The position numbers and the translations under genes were made by a program. From Octopus sinensis (taxonomy: Eukaryota), in assembly GCF_006345805.1 (NCBI RefSeq), contig NC_043009.1:620001-684000 (forward strand): a DNA stretch of 64,000 nucleotides. The letters are read 5' to 3'. Below, piece after piece: positions 50,262 to 63,075 of this stretch. Every line of letters starts with the position of its first letter. The stretch's first letter is position 1. Below the pieces are notes generated by a model. The model had not been told where the DNA came from, ran no database searches, and saw only the letters and a list, made by a program, of their open reading frames with translations.

Positions 50262-51545
50262 TACATATTAAAGTTAGATAAGGCCGGTTTATGGCTTTAC
50301 TTTATGTTTCCCGTCCATAAAGGGCTTAGCTTTATGGCGTATCATCGATCCCAAAACCTGTTGATTAAAGACCTCTCTAGAATGTGGAGGAAGAAAGGAC
50401 CCCGTTACTCAATGTCATAAAAGGAGACTGCATCCCTTTTGCTATCGAGCGCCGGTGACCCTGTTATCCCGTGGGTTCGAATAGGCTGGCATGAATTTCC
50501 TAAAATGTAAGCACGGTCCAAAGATATCCATTCTGGAGTTCAGGATGTTACCTGTGTTGAGGGAGTCCTTTAGGATCCTCGCTCGTTCCGCTATGCACAA
50601 TTTACAGCGATTGGTCCCGTTAATATAGGGGCCTGGATTTTCTAGGATTCTCCTTGATATTGTGTATGGAATCCCATCATCTATCAGCTGCCATACATGG
50701 CTGGCTAATGATATGACAAATCTACTTTCTGGTATCCTGAAAGAGGATCTTTGGCTGGAGAGGCGTTGTTTGAACGATTTTCCGGAACAGCCGATGTATC
50801 ACCGTGGTCGGGTGTTGGCGGTGGTGAGTCTGTTGGTGCTAGCATTGCTGACACCGCTGTTGCTGGAACTGGCGCTGCTGATGTCGGCACCATTGGATGT
50901 GGCGATGGTATTGGTGACACCACTGCCGGTGTTGGTAAAGGTGTCATTGTTGTTATTATGGCCATCATTATTGATGGAAGCCATCGCCATTGATGGGGAA
51001 GCGCATTTGGGGGGGAGTGATTATAACAGCCTATCATAATTATAGCAGCCTATTATAATTAAGGGTGTCTATCTTATGTAGGTTTTTAGTCTTATCGGAG
51101 AAGATTAGGGACCTACCTGAGTTTGTTTAGCAATCTAATGTCAGCATGGAGACTGCGTTGGAAGGAGCAAGAGGACCTACGTAATTTTAACTTGGGAATG
51201 ATGTCCACTAGGTCTGCTTCAAAGGGCTCGAAGTCTTTGATTTTGGGTGAGTATTTCTTAGATTTGATTCCATGGGTGTTGTTCTCCGGCGGTGGCGTGG
51301 CTAGGTCGTGGTAGAAGGCTTTCCATCTCATTCATTTTATCACATTTTTTTATTTTTGGCAACGATCGATAACCAAAGAGATACAATCCCTTCTGTTGAC
51401 ATTGGTAATCGATAACCGAGGGGAGACAATCCCCTTTCTAGTCATTGAGTAAGAGTCATTTCCTCCTCCATATTGTAGAGAGGCCACTCGCTAGAGAGGC
51501 ATTTAGTTAACAGGTTTGGGGATCTGAGGATACGCCATATCTGTA
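50262..51545 (-). mobile_element. Second Naiad family, RT deleted, flanked by diverged inverted pLTRs
   Basis: MRWKAF..HGIKSKKYSP..FEADL..FQRSLHADI..IFSDKTKNLHKID, then *YIGCSGKSFKQR..SLASHVWQL..CKLCIAE..ILNSR..CLH; 50330-50430 is an inverted homologue of 51420-51545. Confidence 0.85.
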
Positions 51546-52463
51546 CGTGTATGCATATCTCTGATACGCTATCTCTGTATGTGTATGTATATGAGTGCGT
51601 CTGCCTGCGCGTATGTGTGTATACGTATGTATGCATATGTATAGATACATACTGACTATTAATAGTTCTTGTATGACGGTCGGTTGTACATGAAACTTGA
51701 TACGCGAGAAAATATTCAGTTTACATCTTTATGTATGTGTGTGTGTGTTTCTGTATGTATGTGTGTATGTCTGCATACACACGCATATGCACACGCACTT
51801 ACGTACACACACACACAAGCACACAAACACGCACACACACACACAGGAACACGCACGCACACGCATCTGTATACACACGCATACGCACACGCATTTACGT
51901 ACACATACACAAAGACGCACGCGCTCACACACGCACACACAAGCAAATAGAAACGCATGCAAACTTTTCCGTATCTATAAAACGTATGTAATTTGAACAG
52001 ACCCTGTAATGAAGTAATAAGAAATAAATAAATAAAACAGAAAACATGATGCTTTATTAATTAAACCAAAATAATGTAAAAGTTTCCGCCCAACTCAAGT
52101 AAGATGATCGCTGTAAGAGTAGAACTGATTTCGTGTTTATTCATTATTAGCTTTCTTTATCAACTTGTTTGGACGGTTGCATGAGAGATGGAATCTTTTA
52201 AGCACAACATCTGCGGCTTCTCTCCCTCAGCTTTTCTAGCCAAACAACTGTTTCTTTGTGAGATGTATTCATAACCATTTGATCCATGTACTATACCTAT
52301 ACACGCACATACCACGCACACACACACACACACGCACACACACACACACACACACGCACACACACACATTCGCGCGCGCTTTCAAGTACGTCTGTATGAA
52401 TATATATATATATAAATGACTAGCACCCTCTGTCATTTTAGTGATACTATGCTTGTGCATATA

Positions 52464-53287
52464 CGGGGTGCGATGGGTGAATTGCCGCCATTTTACATTT
52501 TTTTATTTAGCGCGTGCTTATTACTTGTTTTTGTTGACTACACCGTTTCTGACAAAAACAGCACTATGACTTAATTCACTCTGCCAGAAACTTGGAAACG
52601 ACATGCTGTACTGCTTGGTATTTGCACCGGAAGCTCCAATACGAACATTTCAGAGTGTCTGGGTGGCACTCTGAGGACATGTACCGAGAGTGATAATAAT
52701 GGTGTTTGGAATGATCACTTGTGATGGTGACGTTATTACCCCATTCATCTTCCCACGCGGCCTCAGACTCAATACGGAAGCCTACATTAAGTGCCTGGAT
52801 GAGGTAGTGCTGCTCTGGATCAAGAGGGTGGCTGATGGAAGACCCCATGTTTGGCAACAGGACTCTGCACCATACCACACAAGCAAGAGAACCCAGCTAT
52901 GGCTGTCAGACAATTTCTACGACCATATCACCCCTAACATCTGGCCATCTAATTTCTCCAGACTGCAACCCTCTTGATTATTATGTGTTGGGCGCAGTTG
53001 AGCGAGAGACCAACATAACTCCTTGTAAAAATCAAAGATGAACTGAAGGCAAGGATTATGACAGCATTCACCAACTTAAGCAAAGAGACTGTCTTGAAGA
53101 GTTGCAGGAGATCCCGAAGTCGTCTGGAGGCCGTGGTTGAAGTCAATGTCGATTTTATTGAATAAATTTACTCATAAGTATTTCAAGATATTTTTATGTA
53201 ATTTTGGTTAATATATCTGTTAAAATCATATGTCAGTGGTATTGTCTTTTGCGAAATTTAGACGACAGTTTATTCAGCCCTACCCTG
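52464..53287 (+). mobile_element. Internally deleted maT/mori (DD37D-type) transposon
   Basis: TA flanks, degenerate TIRs, MVFGMITCDG..GLRLNTEAYI..WQQDSAPYHTS..(S)PDCNPLDYYV. Confidence 0.8.
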
Positions 53288-53328
53288 TATTATATATATA
53301 TATATATATTATATATATATATATATTA

Positions 53329-53428
<100 letters not shown>

Positions 53429-53449
53429 ATATTATACATACATATATAT

Positions 53450-54820
53450 ATGGAGCACAGCAGTAAAAACTCTCCTTTTCTTGACATCCTAATTAAAATA
53501 GTCAATAACCATATCACAACAGACATCTTCTATAAACCCACAGATTCTAAACAATACCTATTATTCAACTCATGCCACCCCAAACACATAAAAATTAATA
53601 TACCTTATAATCTAGTGAAAAGAATCTGTACCATAGTTTCGGACACCTATACTCGAGAACGAAGACTCCTTGAACTCAGATCAATACTAATCAAAAGACA
53701 TTACCCTAATTCATAAATAAATGATGGCATTAAACGAGCTAAGGAAATATATAACGAACATCAAGGGAAGCCAACCGAAATAATAAACCAGACTTAAAAT
53801 ACTCTCATACATCTCACATAACCCTAGAAACAACGTAGCATTCAACATTATCATCCAAAATCTACCCATCCTTACAGGAAATAAAACAATAAACAAAATT
53901 TTAGGCTCGCACAAAATTATCAAAAGCAGAATGCGACCTAAATCATCGAAAAAATATTAACCAGCGCAAGACGATATCCATTAACAACAGAACCAAAAGT
54001 GAAAAAATGTGGTCGACCTAACTGTGGTACATGTCCCCACCTTTTGGAGGGTTCAGAGTTCCACTTTGAATAAGGTGCAATATTGAAGGTTAAATCAAAT
54101 TTCCCATATGCTTTGGAAAATCTAATCTATGCCATTACATGCATAGGGTGTGGTAATAATTATATTGGCCAAACAGGAATATCACTCTGTTGAAGAACCA
54201 CTTTCCACAAAGAACAAATTCGCCACCCACAACACAGACAGATACATGTCAGTGAACACATAGAAAGGTGTGCTAGTAATCTTAATCCTAATTTCCTAAT
54301 TTTCCCCTTCTATCAATGTTCACAGAATACCTCAGTACAACAAAGAATGAATAAAGAGGCAACTTTCACCAATAAATATCTTCCACAACTCAATATAAAT
54401 ACATAATACAGAACACTACTACTTTTCAATTAATACCACTAACCCCCATACATCCCATACACCATTCACATTACAGATCTATATCTACCCTAATTGCACC
54501 AAATCCAGAACTACTTACCTCCCTTACACATACTCTTTTTACTCAAGGACTAGTAGACCTGGCACCGTTCAGTAATCAGTGTGCATTTAAAGCAATGATT
54601 GGTAATTTTACGAAGCCGGTATGCTTTTGAATCTCTTTAACAATTCACAATAATGACCTTTATTACTTTTATTCCTACCTCAGTCCATCTAATTGTATAT
54701 ATCTATCGTTACTTTTCATAAAAAGCCTTTACTTTTTCTTTTTATTTCCAATGTGTATTTTCGCTTATTTATCTTCTTACTTTCCCCTTACATTTCCACG
54801 TGTAGTTTCTAGTTTCTTTT
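53450..54820 (+). mobile_element. 5'-truncated Neptune-type PLE (RT C-end, thumb, Cys linker, GIY-YIG, pLTR)
   Basis: PFLDILI..TDIFYKPTDSKQYLLFNSCHP..NIPYN..CGRPNCGTCP..NLIYAITCIGCGNNYIGQTG..SEHIERC. Confidence 0.9.
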
Positions 54821-54844
54821 TGTAACATATTTCTATTATACACA

Positions 54845-55921
54845 TATATATAAAAGTAGTAACAAGAACAGGACAGTAAAAACAATACAAATAAAAACAG
54901 TAAAAGACAGGACAAGGAGAATAACACAGTAAAAACAAACGATGAGGGCTGTTAAGGCAAGACGATGGGAAAATGATTTTGAACGCATTGAGGAGACAGC
55001 TTATGAGAAGGACAGGATAAGCCGTCTTGACTCGTTGAAGATAGCAGTCAGAAAGATGGCTTCCCTCAGGTCACGTGTCAGTGACGAGAGGGAGGAGGAG
55101 GAGTAAGGGAGAGGGAACGGTGAAAGGGAGAGGAGAAGAATAGGGAAGAGTGGGAGAGAAAAACAGAAAGGATGAAGAACAAGAGAGGGAGAGAGACAGA
55201 CTCTGGATGATTCGAGCTTGAATATCACCAAGCTTTTGACAAAACTTGGCACGTTCGGTCATCTTGCGTAGAAACGAAAATCCGATGTACAGAGAAGGGC
55301 AGGTAAAGAAGTCGGTAATATGCCAGGGACGATAATGGGTGCCTGTGAGGATGGTGGGGCAAGTACGGCAGCGTGGACGGGAGCAGGAGAACAAGCCAGA
55401 CTGGGAGGTGGGGTTAAGGCAGAAACTATGGACCAAGAGATTACGCAGGTTGCGGGCTCGTTTGAGGAGGGAAAGAGTAGGTTGGCGAAGATGTGCGAAG
55501 TGGAGAGGGTCGGACTGGAGTCACCGGATGGCTCGGAGAATGGTGCGTTGCAGGGGCAGCTGAGGGGTGGTAGGGGAGGTGAAACGGAAGACGGGCAACG
55601 GCGGACAGATACGGGGAGAGAGAGCAGAGGCACGGTCCACGGCACGTGTCCTAGTAAGGGCTGTGTGGATAGTGGTGAGGGGATATCCACGAAGGATGAA
55701 GTGGCTGGTCATGAGTTGAGACTGAGTCTCAAAATTTTGGTTGTCACTGCAGAGCCTGCGCAGAAGGAGGAATTGGGAGTAGGGAATGGAGAGCTTGGTG
55801 CGGGTATGATGGGAGGAAGAGAAGTTAAGGTAGGAGTCGGTGTGTTTATAGTGAATCGTGGTAGTGAGAGCAGAGTGGTGTATACTGAGAGAAACGTCGA
55901 GAAATGCGACGGAAGTGTTGG

Positions 55922-55922
<1 letters not shown>
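54845..55922 (-). mobile_element. Second, C-rich 5'-truncated Neptune-type PLE
   Basis: VAFLDVSL..TTIHYKHTDSYLNFSSSH..SIPYSQFLLLRRLCS..RGYP; SCSRPRCRTCP..ITDFFTC..LYIG. Confidence 0.85.
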
Positions 55923-55949
<27 letters not shown>

Positions 55950-55962
<13 letters not shown>

Positions 55963-56452
55963 GTAATGCAATACGAAAGTATTGCTTTCCAGTAAAGAAT
56001 AGCCCGCGAGGGAAAATTATACATAGAAGTAAATATATGGCACAACGAAGTACCGATATTTACTGGAAATAGCGAACGTAATAATACGACGCTAATGTAT
56101 AGCTTCACCGCGTATGTACTAGCAAAAAGGCGTGAGTGCAACAAACTAGAAAAAATTGTCTTACCTCCAGGGAGAACATCTGAAAAATGAAATACCTAGA
56201 AAAGGATAATGTGGGACCGGAGCCGGTTTCAGATTTTTCAAGATATGCCTCCACACATATACTTGATCTATCTTCATCAGCCAAACATATACCACGACAA
56301 CATTTCAGATGTTACCACATTAATGCCAATACACTCGACTGAAACGCCGAAACGCTAACGGTGAAGCTATACATTAGCGTCGTATTATTACGTTCGCTAT
56401 TTCCAGTAAATATCGGTACTTCGTTGTGCCATATATTTACTTCTATGTATAT
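55950..56452 (-). mobile_element. Miniature PLE-derived element: 92-bp perfect inverted arms around an HHR-bearing spacer
   Basis: 56019-56110 is the reverse complement of 56359-56450; (TA)n on the left. Confidence 0.75.
56209..56289 (-). ncRNA. Type I hammerhead ribozyme, all three stems formed
   Basis: atgtTTGG-CTGATGA-AGAT.TCAAG..CTTGA.ATCT-GAA-ACCGG-ct-CCGGT-C|CCAcat. Confidence 0.85.
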
Positions 56453-56721
56453 AAGTACACAGGGAAAAATGTGTCAAAGCCATCGGGAGACGTTCGATGC
56501 TTCCTAGGGCTATACAGCGGTGGTGTACCCCCTACTGTCACGTTCTTGTTAGATTGACAGTATACAACCATTCTATCGCCCCACCACCGTACATGTCTCT
56601 ACGAGAGATTTAGAAATTCAATATTTCTTATTTTGATAATCAGTGAATAGACTTCACTGAGTATAGATATATACAATTACGAAGTCGAGACAAATATCAC
56701 CGGTTGACCGGTGTCTGCTAC

Positions 56722-56766
56722 TCTAGGCCGATGAAGGACAACGATCCTGAAACACGTGTCCCTAGA
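56722..56766 (+). ncRNA. Hammerhead variant with U4C core
   Basis: TCTAGG-CCGATGA-AGGA-caacga-TCCT-GAAAC-ACGT-GTC|CCTAGA. Confidence 0.65.
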
Positions 56767-57460
56767 TGCAGCTTCGGCAGCCGGGGGTGTTTGTCTCCCC
56801 TTCGTAAATGTATATATATATATATAAAGATATGTATATAAATGTATATATAGATATATAAAGATACATATATATACACACATACATGCATACGCACGCA
56901 CTGCATGCAGACATAAACAAACACATACACATACGTTGTCTCTGGTAACTCAAAAAATTAAAAAAATAAAAACAATAAAATATGTGGTGTGAGCGAAGCA
57001 GCGGCATTCGCCAGATAGCCATCCATCCGGTTATCTAGAAAGTAAACATACAAACAAAACAAGAAAAAGAGAAAAGAAAGAAAATTGCTAGAGGTCAAAA
57101 GAGGTTTTGTATTAAAACAGCTTGCAATGGTTTGGCGCAAAAGTGCAAGAGTGGAAGTAGAAGGAAAGTGACAAAGTTCTTCAGAACTCATTTAGAAATA
57201 TCATCTGATATTGTAATATATATTGCTGCTACTGCTGCTGCTGCTACTGCTGGTTTTTCTTTAGTTTTTTTTTCTTTTTACTGGCTGTAATAATTGCTAC
57301 TTCTGCGATAAGCTTTTTTTCTATGAGCTTATGTATACGCATAGGCGTGTGTGTGTGTGTGTGTTAATGTCTGAATGTGTACGCGTGTGTGTGTGTGTGT
57401 GTGCATATATATATATATGTATGTATATATATATAAACATACCTATATATATATACATAC

Positions 57461-57510
<50 letters not shown>

Positions 57511-57513
57511 TAT

Positions 57514-57554
<41 letters not shown>

Positions 57555-58129
57555 CTTGTTTATACACTATTTGTGAGTGTGTTTGTGTGTCTAGAGGGAA
57601 GTTGCTGCTAATTTTACTGTTTTTGTTGTTGTTGTTGTTGTTGCGGTAAACTTAATGACTATAATTGCTACTTCTGTCACGGTTTTGTGTACGTGTATGC
57701 ATATGTGTATGTGTGCATGAATGTATTCGTGTGTGTGTGTGTGTGCGTGCTTGTGTGTGTGTGCGAATTAGGTTGCGGCTGATTTATAGTATTTTTCTCG
57801 TTGTTGCTGATGTTTGTCCTTCCTTCGACGATCGACGTAATTGCCGTTGTTGTTTTGTTGTTGTTACCTAGCCCTCGGTCCAGTCAGCACTAGATTAACC
57901 CTTAAGCAAAAGGCACGTGCTTAGGGCACCAAGGGAAGTGGGGTTGGGGGGCACTGCAGAAATGGTAAATGTTTTACGGTACAAAAGAAAATCGCTATAA
58001 ATTTGCTAAAATGATATTCGAAATGGTTTATATGATCGGAAATATAATTTTGAAATGTTCAAATATATCAAATGTAATTTCGAACGATCTGATCAAAAAC
58101 TTTGTAGTTTTTGCAGTTCTGGCTAAGAA

Positions 58130-58305
58130 GGAATATATTCACAGACACGACAGAGTTGGGACCTACATACACTAGAAGCTATGTCAACACTATGGAATAA
58201 CAACAGAAAAAAGATGGTATAAGCACATGCCAGAAAAGGTCACAGAAAACGAGAAAGCAATCATGATCTGCGATATGCCAATACACACAGACAGAGAAAT
58301 CAAGG
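58130..58305 (+). mobile_element. R4/Dong LINE fragment (restriction-like endonuclease region)
   Basis: RHDRVGTYIH*KLCQHYGI..WYKHMPEKVTENEK..DMPIHTDREIKANRPDI. Confidence 0.88.
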
Positions 58306-58324
58306 CCAATAGGCCAGATATAGA

Positions 58325-59400
58325 CTGGATGAAGTTGAAGAGCAAAAATGGGAGGCAACAGAAATAGAAGAACTAAGATGTGTTCTTAGGAAGTCTCACA
58401 AATGAAAACCTCCAGGACCGGGCCGAATCCCTAACTTCTGACTGAATTGTCTGACAGAAGTACACCAAAATGTCGCTGCATCCCTAACTGATGTCATCCA
58501 GGAGCCAGAGTAAATACTTGCCTGGCTGACTGAAGGAACAACATACCTTCTACAAAAGAATGAAGACACAAAAAAATTCAAAGAACTACCAACCAATAAT
58601 ATGTCTCAACACCACCTACAAGATCATCACATCCATATTAAGTGACAGAAGGTACGCTTTCCTTGAACAGGAATCTATCATTATACAAGTTCAAAAAGGC
58701 TGCAAAAGGAATTCTTATGGGTGCAAAGATCCATTATTCATAAGTAAAATGATTGTAGAGAAGTGCGGGAGCAAAAAACCTGAGTATGGCATGGATAGAC
58801 TACGGGAAAACGTTTGAGAGTGTCCCACATAATTGGCTACTCAAGGCCCTTGAGATATATAGGATCTCTCGTGTCGTCTCCAAATTCTTAAAAGGTAGTA
58901 TGACCAAGTGGACCACACGTCTCCTTCTATACAATAGTAATGGGATGAGCCAATCTAGCAATATCAGCATCAGACGAGGTATCTTTCAAGGTAACTCCTT
59001 CTCCCCAAAGTTTGCTTACCAAAAATATAAGGCTAGCGTTCTTCAAATTAGTTCTGATCCTAATTGCAGATTCTGCGACACCTTTGTCGAAACAATAGAC
59101 CATCTCATCTCGGGGTGTCTTGTGCTGACACCAAACGAATGCAAAAATCGCCACGATAGGATAGGACAGTATTTACATTGGAAAATATGTAAACACTACA
59201 AAATCAGCACTCCTGCTTACTGGTATGAATATCCCCCTGAGCCAGTAGAACTGTTCCTGTAATTGTAGGTGCCCTAGGTTTGATCAAAAAGGGATGTCAG
59301 AAACATCTAGATAATATCCCAGGAGAATCGTGTCTCAGAGAAATCCCAAAGATTGCACTGACAAGTACTGCCTACATCCTTAGAAAACCATATCCATTTA
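58325..59400 (+). mobile_element. R4/Dong LINE with internal deletions (RT N-half, CCHC, C-terminus)
   Basis: WLTEGTTYLL..KNYQPIICLNTTYK..QKGCKRNSYGCKD..MAWIDY..SVPHNWL..RRGIFQGNSFSP; CRFC..ETIDHLISGC..RHDRIGQYLHW; VPVIVGALGLIKK. Confidence 0.9.
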
Positions 59401-59558
59401 AATGCCTGCGTTGTATTACATGAAGATATTTTGCTACTGACGCTGCCACTTCTCCTCCCAAAGCTTTCAGGCAAACTTTAACATATTTTATCCTTCACTC
59501 GCCCCAGGACGCTGGGTGTGTCTCGGCAAGTGATTGTAACAAACATGCAGATTAAAAG

Positions 59559-59559
<1 letters not shown>

Positions 59560-59589
<30 letters not shown>

Positions 59590-59594
59590 TAATG

Positions 59595-59640
<46 letters not shown>

Positions 59641-59654
59641 TGATGATGATGATG

Positions 59655-59718
<64 letters not shown>

Positions 59719-59745
59719 CAACAACAACAATAATAATAATAAGAG
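59560..59745. repeat. (AAC)(AAT)(GAT) compound microsatellite
   Basis: Directly visible. Confidence 0.95.
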
Positions 59746-60112
59746 CACTCAGAGAGCGCAAATCCCAGCCAAGGCAACACCAAAGTCTTCTCAACGTTTA
59801 GCCAGAGATGATTTTTGAAAGGAAAATATCTGAAATAAACTCGACTGCTCTCACAAACGAGAATACTAAAAATGAACCTGACCGTTCTCAAAAATGTTTT
59901 TAAGAAACAGGAAAAATAAACCAGAATCCTTGTCCGGTACCAGATCGATCCCAAAATCTAATCAGTTTGTACCAGCCACGAGGCCAAACATCCCTGAAAG
60001 TTTTATCCGAATCCATCCAGCGGTTCTTAAGATAACTTGTCTGCGGACAAACATCAAACAAACAAACAAATACGACTGAAACAATACCTCTACATTCGCT
60101 AAGGCGGAGGTA
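59746..60112. mobile_element. Unclassified non-autonomous repeat embedded in (AAT)n
   Basis: Related termini (..cagccaaggc / cgctaaggcggaggt), both flanks (AAT)n. Confidence 0.35.
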
Positions 60113-60127
60113 ATAATAATAATAATA

Positions 60128-60164
<37 letters not shown>

Positions 60165-60167
<3 letters not shown>

Positions 60168-60352
60168 CCTTTCTACTATAGGCACAAGGCCAGACGTTTT
60201 GGGGGAGGGGGCTAGTCGATTATATAGACCCCAGTATTTGAGTCTGGTAATTAATATATGAACCCCGAAGAATGAAAGGCAAAGTTGACCTCAGCAGAAT
60301 TTGAACTCAGAACATAAAGTCGGACGAAATGCCACTAAGCGTTTTGCCCGTC
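60165..60352 (-). mobile_element. SINE family B
   Basis: Reverse complement of the family body between (AAT)n and (TAT)n. Confidence 0.8.
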
Positions 60353-60396
<44 letters not shown>

Positions 60397-60404
60397 GTGG
60401 ACTA

Positions 60405-60600
60405 TGAGCAGGGTTTCTGTCGTCCCAGTAGTTGTAGGGGCACTCGGAGCACTAACAACCAAGTTCGAGAAATATGTCAAAGAAATTGGAATTGACATAA
60501 GAGCAGAGCAAAACCCCAAAAAACTGCTCTGTTGGAGACAGCTCGGGTTTTGGGATTAGTACTTGGATGTTGAATGTCTTCCACGATAATTGACAATCGA
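60405..60600 (+). mobile_element. R4/Dong LINE extreme C-terminus
   Basis: VSVVPVVVGALGAL..FEKYVKEIGI..(QK)TALLETARVL; begins at (TAT)n. Confidence 0.8.
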
Positions 60601-60974
60601 TTATTAAAGCTTGTAATCTGTGGAAAAAGACCCTGTGAGACTTCTGACAATAGACTGCTCTCCGCCCTCACAGAATGAACCAGAGCAAACAAGACTGAGC
60701 GCTCTGAGAACTGAAACAATAACAGTAATTCATTAGAGACTGTATGAAAAGTACGATCTGAGCAAAGCACGGGAAAGGTACAAATATGAAGCAGAGGGCG
60801 TCACTGAGAACAATTCGCGCATACTCTAAGCTACTAAGAATGCGTGTGGCAACTTGAAGATCTACCCACCACACGTGATAGACTGGCGGTTGCACGGACG
60901 CGAAAGCCACATTGTTATCCTCATTCCGTAAACGGTGGCTTTCAACGGGTGGAAAGCTGAACCATCCTGGGGTA

Positions 60975-61250
60975 CAGAGGATTCGCAATCTAGACTAGGG
61001 TCTGAAAGTTTACCACACCATAGTGGTTTACACCATTGTTCCTCTGCTTTGTGACAGAAGTATGAAGAAAGAGTGAGAGAAAGTTGTGGTGAAAGAGTAC
61101 AGCGGGGTTCACCACCACCACCCACCGGAGCCTCGTGGAGTTTAGGTGTTTTTGCTCAATAAACACTCACAATGCCCGGTCTGGGAATCGAAAGTGCGTT
61201 CTTACGACTGCGAGTCCGCTGGCCTAACCACTGGGCCATTGCGCCTCCAC
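60975..61250 (-). mobile_element. SINE family C
   Basis: ggaggcgcaatggcccagtggttagg head on the minus strand. Confidence 0.82.
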
Positions 61251-61994
61251 TTGCTGCTGTTGTTTCTGCTCTTATTGCTATTATCGATTCTGTTGTTGAT
61301 TTTGTTGTTATTGCTGTTGTTGTTATTATCATTGTTGCTGTTTTTGCTGCTTTTGTTATTGTCGTTGTTGCTGCTGCTGTTGTTCTTACTCTGCGCATGT
61401 ACATACGTGAGCATGACCGTCTGTGTGCTTGCGTGTGTATGCCTCCATGTCTGCATGCATGCATATCTGTCTGTCTGTCTGTATGTGTGTGTGTATGTAT
61501 GTATGTATGTATGTATGTATGTATGTATGTATGTATGTATGTGTGTGTGTCTGTCTGTCTGTCTGTCTGTATGTATGTGTGTCTGTCTGTCTGTATGTAT
61601 GTATGTGTGTCTGTCTGTATGTATGTATGTATGTATGTGTGTATCTGTTTGTATGTATGTATGTGTGTGTGTGTGTATCTGTTTGTATGTATGTATGTGT
61701 GTGTGTGTATCTGTTTGTATGTATGTATGTGTGTATATATGTACGTATGTATGTTTGTATGTGACCCAAAGAGCGGAAGTTATTGTCTTTTTTTTGTTTT
61801 GTTTTTTTACATAGCTCACGCTATTCTTCTAATGATTAATGTCATCCATGCGCAAGACAGACCGGAAGTAAACAGAACGACATATCAGTTATTTTGAAAT
61901 CAATGAAGACGATCTCTAGCATCTTGCAGTCTCATTTCAGTGTTCTTCTTATTCGTACTGCTGTTGCCGTTTCTTCTGTTATTATTATTGATGT

Positions 61995-62460
61995 TGTCAG
62001 GGTATCGGTCAAAATACCCAGCAGTATTTCTTCCGGCTCTTTACGTTCTCGGTTCAATTCCTGCCGATGTCAACATTAACCTTTCATTCTTCCAGAGTCG
62101 ATAGAATTGAGTGCCAATCTAATAGTGCACTGTGGTCGACTTAATCGATTAATCCACACCTCAAAATTGCTGGCCTTGTGCCTAAATTAAAATATTATTA
62201 TTAGTGATGTTGCTGTTGCTGTTTTAATCAAATTTTATATATGATGGTTTCTAATTTCAGCACAAGACCAACAATTAAGAAGAGAGGGGAGGGTTGTTGA
62301 AACCATCAAATCTAATACTTTTCAGGTACTTTATTTAATGGTTTTGGAAGGGTGAAATCCAAAGTTAACCTCGGCGAGATTTGAATTCAGAAGGTAAAAC
62401 GTCGGAAGAAATACCGCTTAGTATTTTTTCTGATTCTAAAGATTCTTCCAGCACGCCACC
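61995..62460. mobile_element. Inverted pair of SINE-B copies (61995-62195 plus; 62255-62460 minus)
   Basis: Both align to family B in opposite orientation. Confidence 0.7.
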
Positions 62461-62574
62461 TTAAATTTACGAAATATTAAATGAAAATATTAACTTCTTA
62501 GTTGGACGGCCTCATATATAAGGAGTGTGATAACAGTTGATTGAATCGTTCTTCGTATACTTCTTTGTATACTT

Positions 62575-63075
62575 CCATCACTTTCAGAATCTATGAGTGA
62601 TCTACACTATCGAGCGCCTTTTAATAGTCAATCCATGATGTGCTCAAGTTCGTTTTCTTGGTTTTTCAGTCTTCAATGATCCTTTTGTTTATCAGCAATT
62701 GGTTCTTGCATCCGTAGCTCCCTCTTCGACAACCTTTTTGTTCTGGTGGTAGTAGGTTGTTGTCTTCTAGGAATGTGTATGTTCTTTCAGTGATTACAGA
62801 TGTTAATATTTTATAATATTTTAATATTTTATATATTGTTGGTAGACAGGTCTATAGTTCTTTGGGTTTTCTGCGTCATTTGTTTTTGGTTAGGTATGTC
62901 ACTCCCTGTGTCAACCAGTCTGGACTATTTTCTGAGTTTTTCACGACTTCGTTGTATGCTGATGACATATCTCCATGTATATCAACTAACTGTTTGATCC
63001 AGAATTTGGTACTCAATCTGTTCCCGGTGACTTCCAATTGCTGGCCTTTTTTCAGGGCCAGGATGACTGGTACTT
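62575..63075 (-). mobile_element. R4/Dong LINE RT fragment
   Basis: PDWLTQGVTYL..NPKNYRP..LLPPEQKGCRRGSYGCKNQLLINK..WIDY*KALDSVDH. Confidence 0.88.

Noticed and set aside
50662-51039. Plus-strand hydrophobic ORFs
   Set aside because: Antisense of the low-complexity Naiad linker
55320-56072. 250-aa plus-strand ORF
   Set aside because: Antisense shadow of the C-rich Neptune element, running through a TA tract
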